Part shown: positions 1 to 8,788 of the stretch, in pieces
Numbering within the stretch: position 1 is the stretch's first letter
Layout of the letters: each line of letters starts with the position of its first letter
NCBI GenBank assembly: GCA_964528855.1
Contig: CAZGVM010000002.1
Span: forward strand, 1 to 54,116
DNA: 54,116 nucleotides
Source of the DNA: an uncultured Desulfomonile sp.
GTDB lineage: Bacteria; Desulfobacterota; Desulfomonilia; Desulfomonilales; Desulfomonilaceae
Direction: 5' to 3'
Program-made: the position numbers and the translations under genes
The notes under the pieces: generated by a model
The model's input: the letters and a program-made list of their open reading frames with translations, nothing else
Database searches by the model: none
What the model was told of the DNA's origin: nothing

Positions 1-225
1 CAATTAATAATCGATCATTCTACAAATCGCGAGAAAAAAATTGCCCTATACTACGCCCCGTGTAACTGAGGGGTTACAGAATTAACTCGAAACGACTGGC
101 GCTTTATGCAGTTTCGACATGTTGGTTCGGGACACTCTTGAGAGCAGATACAAGCGTGATTCTTGTCCAAGGCCCCTGACTCAGCAACTAATGATATTTC
201 CCGAAGGAAGTTGAACCACCCAGAA

Positions 226-258
226 CGAAAAAAGACCGGGAACAACCCGGTCTTTTTA
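226..258. terminator. Bidirectional intrinsic terminator hairpin
   Basis: GACCGGG (234-240) pairs with CCCGGTC (246-252). The stem is extended by A/T pairs and has a 5-nt loop, with an A-run before and a T-run after. It lies 17 nt beyond the stop of the minus-strand CDS ending at 275. Confidence 0.75.
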
Positions 259-274
259 AATGTATTGTAATACC

Positions 275-736
275 TTATCTTACCTGCTGTTTCTTAACCA
301 TTTCATAGGACAGGCCAGGTGTTACACAAGGATTGCAACCCGGGGAATTAATTTCAAACTTCTCCACGTTGCTACAGAGCTTGGAGTTGGGGGGAAGCAC
401 AGGAGGAGCGCCCCAGGCAACAGGGCCGCCAAAAGCGGGGGCAACGGCCTTCGGGGGGATAACCTGAACTTTTTCAGTTATGGTTGTGCCCTTCCAAACA
501 CCCCAAGGACGAAAACCGGCTGTATATTGCTCACAACCGCCAAGCATCAATGTGCTGTCGCCACCGGCCGTACCGGCTGTATTCTTGGTGTAGCTAGTCT
601 TTACCTTCATCGGTATCATGATCATATCACCGGTGGTGCCACAGATAGGCATACCAGAAACTTGAGCTCCGGCAACGGCCACCGCGGTTATAATCATAGC
701 TACCGCGCCTAAAAGAACGATCATTTTCTTAACCAT
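275..736 (-). CDS. Small secreted Cys-containing protein, unknown function (153 aa)
   Basis: ORF track gives 275..742 with a TTG start. I prefer ATG 736, which is 8 nt after GGAGG. The N-terminus has a hydrophobic signal-like segment (MVKKMIVLLGAVAMIITAVAVAGA). The protein has 5 Cys and a Gly/Pro-rich body. No family recognised. Confidence 0.6.
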   Translation of the reverse strand: MVKKMIVLLGAVAMIITAVAVAGAQVSGMPICGTTGDMIMIPMKVKTSYTKNTAGTAGGDSTLMLGGCEQYTAGFRPWGVWKGTTITEKVQVIPPKAVAPAFGGPVAWGAPPVLPPNSKLCSNVEKFEINSPGCNPCVTPGLSYEMVKKQQVR

Positions 737-1069
737 ACCCAAATCCTCCTTTTATTAGGCCCCACCGAACTCGAACCGTGGAACCACATTTGGAATTATA
801 GACACATAAAAACTGTTTGATATTTTAGCTATCAGATCAATCCCGATAAGTCAAGAAAATTTTTCTTAAAAGGGCCTGATAGCGACTCCAACACCATTAC
901 CGTCCTCACAAAAAAGTTTACGTTGTTAATATTTTTTTGTTCATCCGATTTTCTTCATAATACATTTTTACTCATTCAGGTTCAACATAAAAAGCAACCC
1001 AAGAATACCTTACATAACCTGAAAAAATTCACAAATGTTCTCCGTGGGCTACCTTTCAGTCGTTATTCA

Positions 1070-2338
1070 CTATATACCCTTAATATCACAGGGATTAGTT
1101 ATAAAGCCCGTGATCGCGCTGGCCGCAGCGACAGCAGGAGACGACAATACCACTTCACTCTCCGGATGCCCCATTCGGCCGACAAAATTCCTGTTTGTTG
1201 TTGATATTGCGCGCTCTCCCTTAGCCAGTATGCCCATGTGTCCACCCAGGCATGGTCCGCAGGTAGGCGTTGAAACTGCGCCTCCTGATTCCATGATATC
1301 CTGGACAAGACCCTCCGATATTGCCTGCAACATTATGTCCGGAGTAGCGGGGAACACGATGAGCCTGACCGATTTGGAAACTTTATTTCCTCTGAGGATT
1401 TTTGCCGCCACTCTCAGGTCTTCAATACGTCCGTTCGTGCATGATCCTATAACCACCTGATCAACGCGGACATCTTTAACTTCTGAGACGGGTTTAACGT
1501 TTTCCGGTAGAAACGGCATGGCCACAACCGGCTGAAGGTTTTCCAGATTCAGTTCCATTATATCCTCGAACGCTGCGTCCGGGTCTGTCTCAAAAACGCG
1601 GATTGGCCTTTTAAAACGACCCGAGCAATATTCCATGGTAATTTCATCAAATGGGAAAATGCCGTTCTTGGCGCCTGCTTCTATTGCCATGTTTGCAATG
1701 GTAAGACGATCTGAAATAGACAGGGAAGGAATGGCTTCCCCGGCAAACTCCATACTTTTGTATAAAGCTCCATCCACTCCTATCTTTCCGATTATTTCCA
1801 GAATGATGTCTTTTCCACAAACCCAGGGCTGTAAAGAGCCTTTGAGAACAAACTGCATGGTTTCCGGAACTTTGAACCAGCACTTTCCTGTCAACGCAGC
1901 AGCAGCGAAATCGGTGCTCCCCACTCCTGTGGCAAAGGCAGCCAAGGCCCCATAAGTGCATGTATGGCTGTCAGCGCCAATTACCAAATCTCCAGGGCCG
2001 ACCAATCCCTTTTCAGGTAACAATGCATGCTCTATTCCCATCTCACCGACATCGAAAAAGTTTACCAAACCCATTTCCCGTGCAAAAGAACGCGATTCTG
2101 CGAGCATGGAGGCGGAATCAATATCCTTTGCAGGATTGAAATGATCGAGGACGACAACCACTTTTTCCATGTCGAATACGCGCGTTCCACCAGCTTCCCT
2201 GAATGGTTTCACAGCCAAAGGAAGGGTTATGTCGTTGGCCAGGGCTATATCAACATTGGCCTGAACGAGGTCCCCCGGTTTCACGTTTTGCAACCCGCTG
2301 TGGTCCGCAAGTATCTTTTGGCTTATCGTCATTCCCAT
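1070..2338 (-). CDS. leuC: Aconitase-family dehydratase large subunit, short LeuC/HacA type (3-isopropylmalate or homoaconitate dehydratase)
   Basis: 422-aa ORF with [17 protein letters not shown] and CGPCLG motifs of the aconitase/IPM isomerase family. The size fits the short archaeal-type large subunit. AAGGA lies 10 nt upstream of ATG 2338. No LeuD-like small subunit is adjacent, so the paralogue assignment is uncertain. Confidence 0.75.
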   Translation of the reverse strand: MGMTISQKILADHSGLQNVKPGDLVQANVDIALANDITLPLAVKPFREAGGTRVFDMEKVVVVLDHFNPAKDIDSASMLAESRSFAREMGLVNFFDVGEMGIEHALLPEKGLVGPGDLVIGADSHTCTYGALAAFATGVGSTDFAAAALTGKCWFKVPETMQFVLKGSLQPWVCGKDIILEIIGKIGVDGALYKSMEFAGEAIPSLSISDRLTIANMAIEAGAKNGIFPFDEITMEYCSGRFKRPIRVFETDPDAAFEDIMELNLENLQPVVAMPFLPENVKPVSEVKDVRVDQVVIGSCTNGRIEDLRVAAKILRGNKVSKSVRLIVFPATPDIMLQAISEGLVQDIMESGGAVSTPTCGPCLGGHMGILAKGERAISTTNRNFVGRMGHPESEVVLSSPAVAAASAITGFITNPCDIKGI

Positions 2339-2428
2339 TTGTAAGTTTTCCTTTTAGTTAAGAGTAACAATCGAGTGACAACCCAATCGCGCATGGTCCA
2401 AATTTTGTATCAGTTAAAATCAAGGCTT

Positions 2429-3304
2429 TCAACCTTTCAGGCATTTCCTCTTGTCCAGATAAGCCTTTAAAGCCTGTTTCCAATTCCTGAGGACAAAGTT
2501 TGTAAGAGACTGAAACTTTTTAAGATCCAGAATGGAATACAACGGCCTGGGAGCGGGACGGTTCAATTCTGCGGTGGTGAGTTCTTCAACCTTGGTCCGG
2601 TTTAACCCTTCCAGTTCAATGATTGCGCAAGCAAAACCATGCCATGTGGTCTGGCCTGAGTTGGCTACGTGGCAAATTCCTGCCGGACGCAGGTCCACGA
2701 GTTTTATCAGGGCATCCGCCAGATCCTCCGTAAAAGTTGGCCTGCCATGCTGATCGATGACCACCTTTAACACGTCTCTCTCCTGGCAAGCTTTCAGGAT
2801 TGACTCCACGAAGTTACTTCCATGCAAACCGTACAACCACTGAGTCCTGATTATAAGGCTACTGTTGGGGGCCTCTGCCATGATCATACTCTCCCCTTGA
2901 GCCTTCGTCCTGCCGTAGACTCCCAACGGATTGAGCGGATCGTCTTCCCGATAGGGAGATGTCTTCTTGCCGTCAAAAACGTAGTCAGTGCTCAGATGAA
3001 TCAGGAAAGCGCCGCAGGACACAGCCGCTTTGGCCACGTTTAACGCTCCAAGCGCGTTTACCCGATAAGCCTCGTCATGACGGCTTTCACAACCGTCCAC
3101 ATCGGTAATGGCCGCCGTATTGATGATAACAGCCGGTTTAACTTCATTGCATATTTCAATCAGCCCCTTCTCATCATTTATATTGACCTCAGGCAAGTCA
3201 ACTCCTACCCATGGTCTGTCTGAGTTGGACAATGCCGTGCACAGATCCGTCCCTAGCATGCCTTTGCCACCAATGACCATTACTGGTCCAGAACCCTGCC
3301 TCAA
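2429..3304 (-). CDS. rfbD: dTDP-4-dehydrorhamnose reductase
   Basis: 291 aa with a Rossmann GGKGMLG N-terminus, STDYVFDG and RmlD-like sequence throughout. TTG start lies 7 nt after GGAGG. Confidence 0.85.
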   Translation of the reverse strand: MRQGSGPVMVIGGKGMLGTDLCTALSNSDRPWVGVDLPEVNINDEKGLIEICNEVKPAVIINTAAITDVDGCESRHDEAYRVNALGALNVAKAAVSCGAFLIHLSTDYVFDGKKTSPYREDDPLNPLGVYGRTKAQGESMIMAEAPNSSLIIRTQWLYGLHGSNFVESILKACQERDVLKVVIDQHGRPTFTEDLADALIKLVDLRPAGICHVANSGQTTWHGFACAIIELEGLNRTKVEELTTAELNRPAPRPLYSILDLKKFQSLTNFVLRNWKQALKAYLDKRKCLKG

Positions 3305-3530
3305 AATTCCACCTCCATGGATATTGCATCACTAATCTTCACAGGATCAAATACTTGAGCGCCCAGACGCGTTATCTATTTAACTAATAATCCGGTCATG
3401 TTTCCCGTGTTCGTGGTTGAACTTGCGTTCACGTTCTAATAGTATTTATAATATCGAGCAACAACCGTTTTATCAGATTAATTCAATTTATGACATCTCT
3501 GTGGGCCTGTATGTGGAGAAAGATACGCCA

Positions 3531-4745
3531 ATGCTAATGAGGCCAGCCAGAAAAAGCGATTTCACCGTGATTTCAAGATTGTTTGGTCCGTGGACTGAAG
3601 CCTATCCCGCTCTAAAAGGCCATTTTTGGCATTTTCTTAATGGTGAATCAGTTACTGGAAATGCTTTCAGCAATGTCCTGGAATTCGATGGCAAAATCGT
3701 TTGCGCCAGTTTTTGGGAAACCAGCGGGCTTCACGAAATTGAACTGCTGGCCTTAAATTTCGATAGCCAAGAACTTCAAGAAGATCACACAAGACAGTTT
3801 CTTGAAAGCGAAATTGTGCACTGTTCCAGACTCGGCATAGGAAAAATCGGCGTACGGTGCCCTGAAAACATTGCTAAATGCATGCATGGACTTCTCAGGA
3901 ATGTCGGATTTGTGTTCGAAAGTTTCTCATACCAGGCCCAATTCGGGAAAAACATCATCACCATGACCAAACAGCTCGATCATGGGGTTGTCCCGAAAGC
4001 GGACCTCTCTAGCTTCCTGAAGAAAAAGTTACAAACATTCGGTTACGAAATAAGAGAAGAAACCGACGGTTTTTCATACCGGACGGCAGATATATGCCAA
4101 AGGCCGTTCGTCGTAAGCAAATGGCACAGAATAGTCTCTTCAGGAAGTGACCTCATCGTTTATCCTCCAGCAAAAAGACTCGAGCCTCACGAATTGGAAA
4201 CCATGTTTTACCCGCTGAGAATCGTGGACCCCGATGACGCCCCATTGCTGGTGACCATGGATAAAAAACGCGCCTGTTCACTGTTGAGCCTGCCTGAGGA
4301 GGACAGTGCTCAAAAAAACATGTTCAGTCTTGATTCAGGATCGCTCGTATGCCCAACGACCCTCAATAACACAACATATTCCATCGTGTCCGGCCACAAG
4401 AGCCTCAGGAAAGGACTACCCATACTTTTTTATGTAAACGGCCAGGGAGCGGTGGGAGAAGCCAGGATCATTGATTGGGCGGTGGAAACAGTCTCAAACC
4501 TGATCCAAAACATAGATGATTATCCAGGAATAGAAATCGGAGATGTTGACCCTAAAACCATGAAGGTCGGATCGAGGTTATCGCAAATACTCAAAATAAG
4601 ATTTAACTATTATAAAGCTTTCCAGAGGGTTGTCTCTTTTGAGGAGATAAGAACTCTGGAGGCTTCGTTTAACCCCCAGAGACGACGTTTTGTGTCCAAT
4701 CAATTGTTCGAATCCATCTCTTCGTCGGCTTACCAACAATTCTAA
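3531..4745 (+). CDS. GNAT-like acetyltransferase domain protein with unknown C-terminal domains
   Basis: ORF track gives 3417..4745 with a TTG start. I prefer ATG 3531 (MLMRPARKSDFTVISRLF..., a GNAT-like N-terminus). The first ~150 aa look like a GNAT fold. The last ~150 aa resemble a PUA/ASCH-type barrel only by eye. The start is uncertain. Confidence 0.5.
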   Translation: MLMRPARKSDFTVISRLFGPWTEAYPALKGHFWHFLNGESVTGNAFSNVLEFDGKIVCASFWETSGLHEIELLALNFDSQELQEDHTRQFLESEIVHCSRLGIGKIGVRCPENIAKCMHGLLRNVGFVFESFSYQAQFGKNIITMTKQLDHGVVPKADLSSFLKKKLQTFGYEIREETDGFSYRTADICQRPFVVSKWHRIVSSGSDLIVYPPAKRLEPHELETMFYPLRIVDPDDAPLLVTMDKKRACSLLSLPEEDSAQKNMFSLDSGSLVCPTTLNNTTYSIVSGHKSLRKGLPILFYVNGQGAVGEARIIDWAVETVSNLIQNIDDYPGIEIGDVDPKTMKVGSRLSQILKIRFNYYKAFQRVVSFEEIRTLEASFNPQRRRFVSNQLFESISSSAYQQF

Positions 4746-4775
4746 CATTACATTGAAAGCAGGCGCCAAAAATCC

Positions 4776-5321
4776 ATGGACATCCAATCAAATCAATCGT
4801 TGATCTACGAATACAAAGGAATTCGACCAACTATTGGACATGGTGTGTTCCTGGCGCCAGGAGTCGTTGTCCTCGGAGATGTCACCATCGAAGATCATGC
4901 TAACATCTGGTTTTATTCCGTCGTCAGAGGTGATGTAAATTGCGTTAGAATAGGGCGCCAGACAAATATACAGGATCACTGTGTGTTACACGTCACCAGC
5001 GATAAATTTCCCCTGAAAATAGGCGCTGACGTGGTCGTCGGCCATAGAGCGGTCCTGCACGGATGTGTGATAGAGGACGATTCCCTCATAGGCACAGGCG
5101 CGATGGTCCTCGATGGCGCTATTGTTGAGACTGGCGCAATCGTGGGCGCTGGAGCGGTAGTGACTCCTGGCAGCGTTGTCAAGGCCAATTCCGTGGTAAT
5201 GGGAACTCCAGCCAGATCCGTCAGAACAGCCACTGAAAAAGAGCGCGCCTTCAATAAAAATAATATAAACAAATATAGGACTTATGGCCAAAACTTCAAC
5301 CAAATAGCCCGATTGATTTAA
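4776..5321 (+). CDS. Gamma-carbonic-anhydrase family / hexapeptide-repeat protein (YrdA/PaaY-like)
   Basis: 181 aa with left-handed beta-helix hexapeptide repeats and the conserved His pattern (IQDHCVLHV, VVVGHRAVLHGC). Confidence 0.85.
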   Translation: MDIQSNQSLIYEYKGIRPTIGHGVFLAPGVVVLGDVTIEDHANIWFYSVVRGDVNCVRIGRQTNIQDHCVLHVTSDKFPLKIGADVVVGHRAVLHGCVIEDDSLIGTGAMVLDGAIVETGAIVGAGAVVTPGSVVKANSVVMGTPARSVRTATEKERAFNKNNINKYRTYGQNFNQIARLI

Positions 5322-5440
5322 AAAACCGCTGTTTCTTTTCTCACTCCCCCATGCGGGAACACAGAAAGCCATATTTTTATCAAATAGATACACACCCAGC
5401 CTCTCACATTCCGTCAAAATATAATGCAATACTTTAAGTA

Positions 5441-5469
5441 TTGACAATATCTAATTGGTATGCTTTATT
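5441..5469 (+). promoter_or_regulatory. Sigma70-like promoter candidate
   Basis: TTGACA (5441-5446), a 17-nt spacer, then TGcTTTATT (extended -10-like). It lies ~50 nt upstream of ATG 5519. Confidence 0.4.
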
Positions 5470-5518
5470 TATTTCAGTTGCTACGCAACAGAGCTTACTC
5501 TATACGGGAGGATCGAGC

Positions 5519-5701
5519 ATGCCTCATTCGCACAATATTGATTATTACATCGGCGGCAGCATGAAAGAAGAATCGCTGGCCGAAGCCTTAGCTGATTTTG
5601 AAGATCCTCTAGAGGGTCGTCCCGTGGACTTATTATCCTCCCTCGAAATCGATGAAGATTTCTCAGAGGAAGAACTCACTATCGATTTCGATGATTTTTG
5701 A
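5519..5701 (+). CDS. Very acidic 60-aa protein, unknown function
   Basis: ATG 5519 lies 7 nt after GGGAGGA. The ORF-track start at 5441 coincides with the promoter-like TTGACA. The protein has 19 Asp/Glu versus 2 Lys/Arg. A strong terminator follows. Confidence 0.55.
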   Translation: MPHSHNIDYYIGGSMKEESLAEALADFEDPLEGRPVDLLSSLEIDEDFSEEELTIDFDDF

Positions 5702-5721
5702 TACCTAACTCCCGGAAAAAT

Positions 5722-5767
5722 AAAAATGGCCGGACAACCTGCAGGTTCATCCGGCCATTTTTATTTT
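5722..5767. terminator. Bidirectional intrinsic terminator (long hairpin)
   Basis: AAATGGCCGGA (5724-5734) pairs with TCCGGCCATTT (5750-5760), with an inner AACC/GGTT extension. T-run follows and A-run precedes. It sits between the convergent genes 5519..5701 (+) and 5833..6132 (-). Confidence 0.85.
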
Positions 5768-5832
5768 CACTTGTAAATAAGTCTAAGGGCCTTTACCGCT
5801 CTAAAGACGCTCCCTGCGAATAATTCGCCGGC

Positions 5833-6132
5833 CTACCGTAGATTGACGGCGATTTGCTGCAGAGTTGTGATAAGGAAACTCTGCAGAAAGATGATCACCA
5901 GTAATACGATCAGTGGTGACAGGTCAATGCCCATTCTGGGAAGAGGCAAAGTCCTTCGAACAAAATTTAGGACAGGCTCCGTGACGCTGTACAGAAATCT
6001 CACGATAGGATTGTACGGGTCCGGGTTGACCCATGAAATAAGGGCGGATATTATGATCAGCCACATGTATATAGACAGAATGACATTTAGCACTTGCGCT
6101 ATAGCGCCGATAAAATTACCGAGCACGTACAT
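5833..6132 (-). CDS. yggT: YggT-family membrane protein
   Basis: 99 aa with two hydrophobic halves and the YggT-like sequence ...ALISWVNPDPYNPIVRFLYSVTEP... Confidence 0.8.
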   Translation of the reverse strand: MYVLGNFIGAIAQVLNVILSIYMWLIIISALISWVNPDPYNPIVRFLYSVTEPVLNFVRRTLPLPRMGIDLSPLIVLLVIIFLQSFLITTLQQIAVNLR

Positions 6133-6480
6133 GATTTTTTTTGTTACTCCTCAGACCTCTGTGAATACAACTCTCCGTTTGCTCCAGCATACCGGACCCA
6201 TAGTCCCGGGAACACTGCTGAGCCTCTTCATGTAATCATCAAATTAGCTTTTGAACTCCGTCAAAAAAAAAGTTACAATTTGATTAATGCGAAGCCGGAT
6301 ACAAAGTCAAGGTCTAAAGAATTGATGAGTGGAAATGTAAGGTCTCCATGCTTGTGCCATTGTAAAAGACTACAATGCTGATAATCGACTAAAATTGGAC
6401 CGAACATTGACCACGTATATTTTGTTTAGGGTATAGCTCCCTGCGGGACTTTCACGTCGGACTCAACGTGGAATATCGTT

Positions 6481-6753
6481 TTATTTGATGGATTCTTTCA
6501 AAGCTTTTGCAGCGGAAAATTTCGGGGCCTTGGTAGCTTCGATGCTGATTTTTTCTTTAGTTCTAGGATTGATGCCAGAGCGCGCTTTCCTGGTAACTAT
6601 GGAAAATTTTCCGAATCCCGGTATGGAAACCTCATCGCCACTCACCAGAACATCCTTGATTGCGCCAAACACCATTTCAATGGCTTCAGAAGCGTGTTTC
6701 TTGGTTGTTTCTCCCTTCTCAGCCAGTTTGTCCACAAATTCTGCTTTGGTCAT
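6481..6753 (-). CDS. hup: HU-family DNA-binding protein
   Basis: 90 aa (MTKAEFVDKLAEK...GFGKF...RKARSGINPRTKEKI...). I chose the second ATG (6753), 6 nt after GGAGG. The first ATG (6759) abuts the SD sequence. Confidence 0.9.
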   Translation of the reverse strand: MTKAEFVDKLAEKGETTKKHASEAIEMVFGAIKDVLVSGDEVSIPGFGKFSIVTRKARSGINPRTKEKISIEATKAPKFSAAKALKESIK

Positions 6754-6806
6754 AACCATCCTCCCTAAATTTCTTGAACATTAACGCAAACGAATTCGAC
6801 GATATG

Positions 6807-6836
6807 TGTATACGTCCTTAAAATGACAAGTGTCAA
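6807..6836 (-). promoter_or_regulatory. Sigma70-like promoter candidate for hup
   Basis: On the minus strand: TTGACA (6836-6831), 18-nt spacer, TATACA (6812-6807). Confidence 0.45.
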
Positions 6837-7050
6837 GTAAATTGTTGGTTTATGCGCTAAAAACACCACTTTTACCAAACTCACCGCGTTCACCCGCTTT
6901 TTTTCACATCACCTGTTCAGAAAGGACAGCCACAATCTTGCATTAAATTTCATAATAACGGTTGACTGCTAAAAGTCTTGTATGTAAAGCTTGTCGGACA
7001 GAGATTAAAGCTCATCTTCTAATTTTGTCCAAAAAGGCAAAGGAGGCAAA

Positions 7051-7245
7051 ATGGCCAAGACTTTAGTTATTGATGCGGAAGCTTGCAGTGGTTGTGGAAC
7101 TTGCGCCGCTATAGCGGAAGATTGCTTTGCAGTCAGCGAAGACACAGATAAGGCTTATGTGGTAGACCAGAGCGCGTGCTCTGAAGAAGAAATTCAGGAA
7201 GCCATTGACACTTGTCCAGAAGAAGCCATAATCTGGCAGGATTAA
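7051..7245 (+). CDS. Small single-cluster ferredoxin
   Basis: 64 aa with CSGCGTC...CP cluster-ligand spacing and acidic composition. AAGGAGG lies just upstream of the ATG. Confidence 0.85.
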   Translation: MAKTLVIDAEACSGCGTCAAIAEDCFAVSEDTDKAYVVDQSACSEEEIQEAIDTCPEEAIIWQD

Positions 7246-7326
7246 TTTTTTTGGGTGGACGCTACGTTAGTTCATGGTTATCGCCGCAGGGGGATAATTG
7301 ATATCTATCCAAGTGTTAATCTTTAA

Positions 7327-7902
7327 ATGACTTACTCCGGAACCGAACTATCACCCCGTCTCGTGGAGCTTTACAGGCAAATGGATGAGGCCTATTCGGA
7401 AGCTTCTAAACAGGCGGGTTTCTCTTGCGAAGGATGCAATGGGATCAAATGTTGCACTGTAGATCTGATTGTTCACACTTTCGCGGAGATGCTTCATCTG
7501 AGACGGGGTTTTAGGGTTCTGGACGAAGCTCGGCGCTTTGAAGTCAAAACAAGAGCCAGTAAGATATTAAAGGCAAAAGCTGATGACCCTCTGGGGTATG
7601 AATATCGCGAGGCAGTCTGCGCCCTTAATTTCGACGGCAGGTGTATTCTGTATGAACACCGCCCAATGATTTGTCGTCTCGCCGGGATTCCTCATCTTAT
7701 CAGCAGACCAAACGCGTCTCAAACTTCTAGTGGGGGCTGTTTTCGTTTTGAAAACGACAAGAAGCCTGTGTTCCCTGATGTGGTGATCGACCGGACCTCG
7801 TTCTATCGGGAAATGGCCGAATTGGAGCTTTCTGTGATCCGGGAACTGGGACAGCGGACCCGCAGTCTCACCATCGCCGAAATCCTGGATGGGTGTGTTT
7901 AA
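7327..7902 (+). CDS. YkgJ/UPF0153-family Cys-cluster (zinc/iron-chelating) protein
   Basis: 191 aa with CEGCNGIKCC (CxxCx4CC) plus downstream Cys residues typical of the family. Confidence 0.7.
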   Translation: MTYSGTELSPRLVELYRQMDEAYSEASKQAGFSCEGCNGIKCCTVDLIVHTFAEMLHLRRGFRVLDEARRFEVKTRASKILKAKADDPLGYEYREAVCALNFDGRCILYEHRPMICRLAGIPHLISRPNASQTSSGGCFRFENDKKPVFPDVVIDRTSFYREMAELELSVIRELGQRTRSLTIAEILDGCV

Positions 7903-8219
7903 TCACTCTTTAATCTTTTAATCGCCTCGACATCCGAGAGGTCCTGCACCAGCACCGTTTTATTTCTGGACGTCAAACCTTTGCAGACTGTAATCCTGGT
8001 GGGCGCTACCCCTAGCTTTCCCGAAATAATCCTTATCAGTTCCTTGTTCGCCCGACCTTCCACCGGTGGTGATTTCAGCTTCACTACCAACCCTTCATCG
8101 GCGCCAAACCAAACTGACTCCTGAGAAGAGTTTGGCGTCACCCGCACGCGAATTTCAAGCCCTTTTCTGGTTTGTCTTATCGCAGGTTGTTCCAGGTCCA
8201 TCTCAAACCCCACCGGCAT
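7899..8219 (-). CDS. DUF167 (YggU-like) protein
   Basis: 106 aa (...VKLKSPPVEGRANKELIRIISGKLGV...). GGAG lies 7 nt upstream of ATG 8219. It has a 4-nt tail-to-tail overlap with 7327..7902. Confidence 0.7.
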   Translation of the reverse strand: MPVGFEMDLEQPAIRQTRKGLEIRVRVTPNSSQESVWFGADEGLVVKLKSPPVEGRANKELIRIISGKLGVAPTRITVCKGLTSRNKTVLVQDLSDVEAIKRLKSD

Positions 8220-8262
8220 GAGAAAGCTCCAAAGATCACTTATGATTCAGAGGGGCTCGGCG

Positions 8263-8748
8263 CTATCCTTTTTTTTGTCTTAGTATGTGCAGACAGAAAA
8301 GGGCAGCGCCGATGCATAGAGAGCTGTCTGCGACATTGAAAGCAGGCCAGTGGATAGTCCCCACGTGAACGTCGATGAAATCAATGACCTCTCCGTGAAT
8401 GATCCGGTCGATCAGATTTCCGGACGCCCCACCAAAAAAAAGGGCCAGCGCCACCAATGACAGCAGACCATCATCATGAATCCAGAAGGTCATTCCTACG
8501 ATCACCATCAAAGCAGCCACCGAGACCAGGGTCAATACTATTCTGTTCAGAGATCCTCTGGAGCCTGAAAAAAAACCAAATGCAGCTCCAGAGTTTCTTA
8601 CATGAACCACATCCAGATAATCACTGATGACTAAATATCCATGGTTGATAGCGACATTGTTTACAATGTGACTCTTGGTGACCTGATCCAGGGCTATCAC
8701 CGATAATGATATGCCAAAAAAGATTATTGCGCGCCGCAACGTAGACAT
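8263..8748 (-). CDS. lspA: Lipoprotein signal peptidase (signal peptidase II)
   Basis: 161 aa with four TM segments and the motifs NSGAAFG and NLIDR...FNVADS. It lies immediately downstream of ileS, the classic ileS-lspA pair. Confidence 0.9.
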   Translation of the reverse strand: MSTLRRAIIFFGISLSVIALDQVTKSHIVNNVAINHGYLVISDYLDVVHVRNSGAAFGFFSGSRGSLNRIVLTLVSVAALMVIVGMTFWIHDDGLLSLVALALFFGGASGNLIDRIIHGEVIDFIDVHVGTIHWPAFNVADSSLCIGAALFCLHILRQKKG

Positions 8749-8788
8749 AATCCGCCATTTTCATTCAACAGCATATTTTGTGTCTTCT

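Noticed and set aside
51-245. 64-aa Cys-containing minus-strand ORF (…CICSQECPEPTCRNC…)
   Set aside because: Its only start is a TTG inside the stem of the terminator hairpin at 231-255. There is no SD sequence. The region is better explained as structured non-coding RNA or a UTR.
755-800. tRNA-like GGTTCGAG motif on the minus strand (…CCACGGTTCGAGTTCGGTGGGGCC…)
   Set aside because: The flanks do not form a T-stem or acceptor stem, and no D or anticodon arms are present. It reads as alternative CCAC/GTGG hairpins in the leader of the gene starting at 736.
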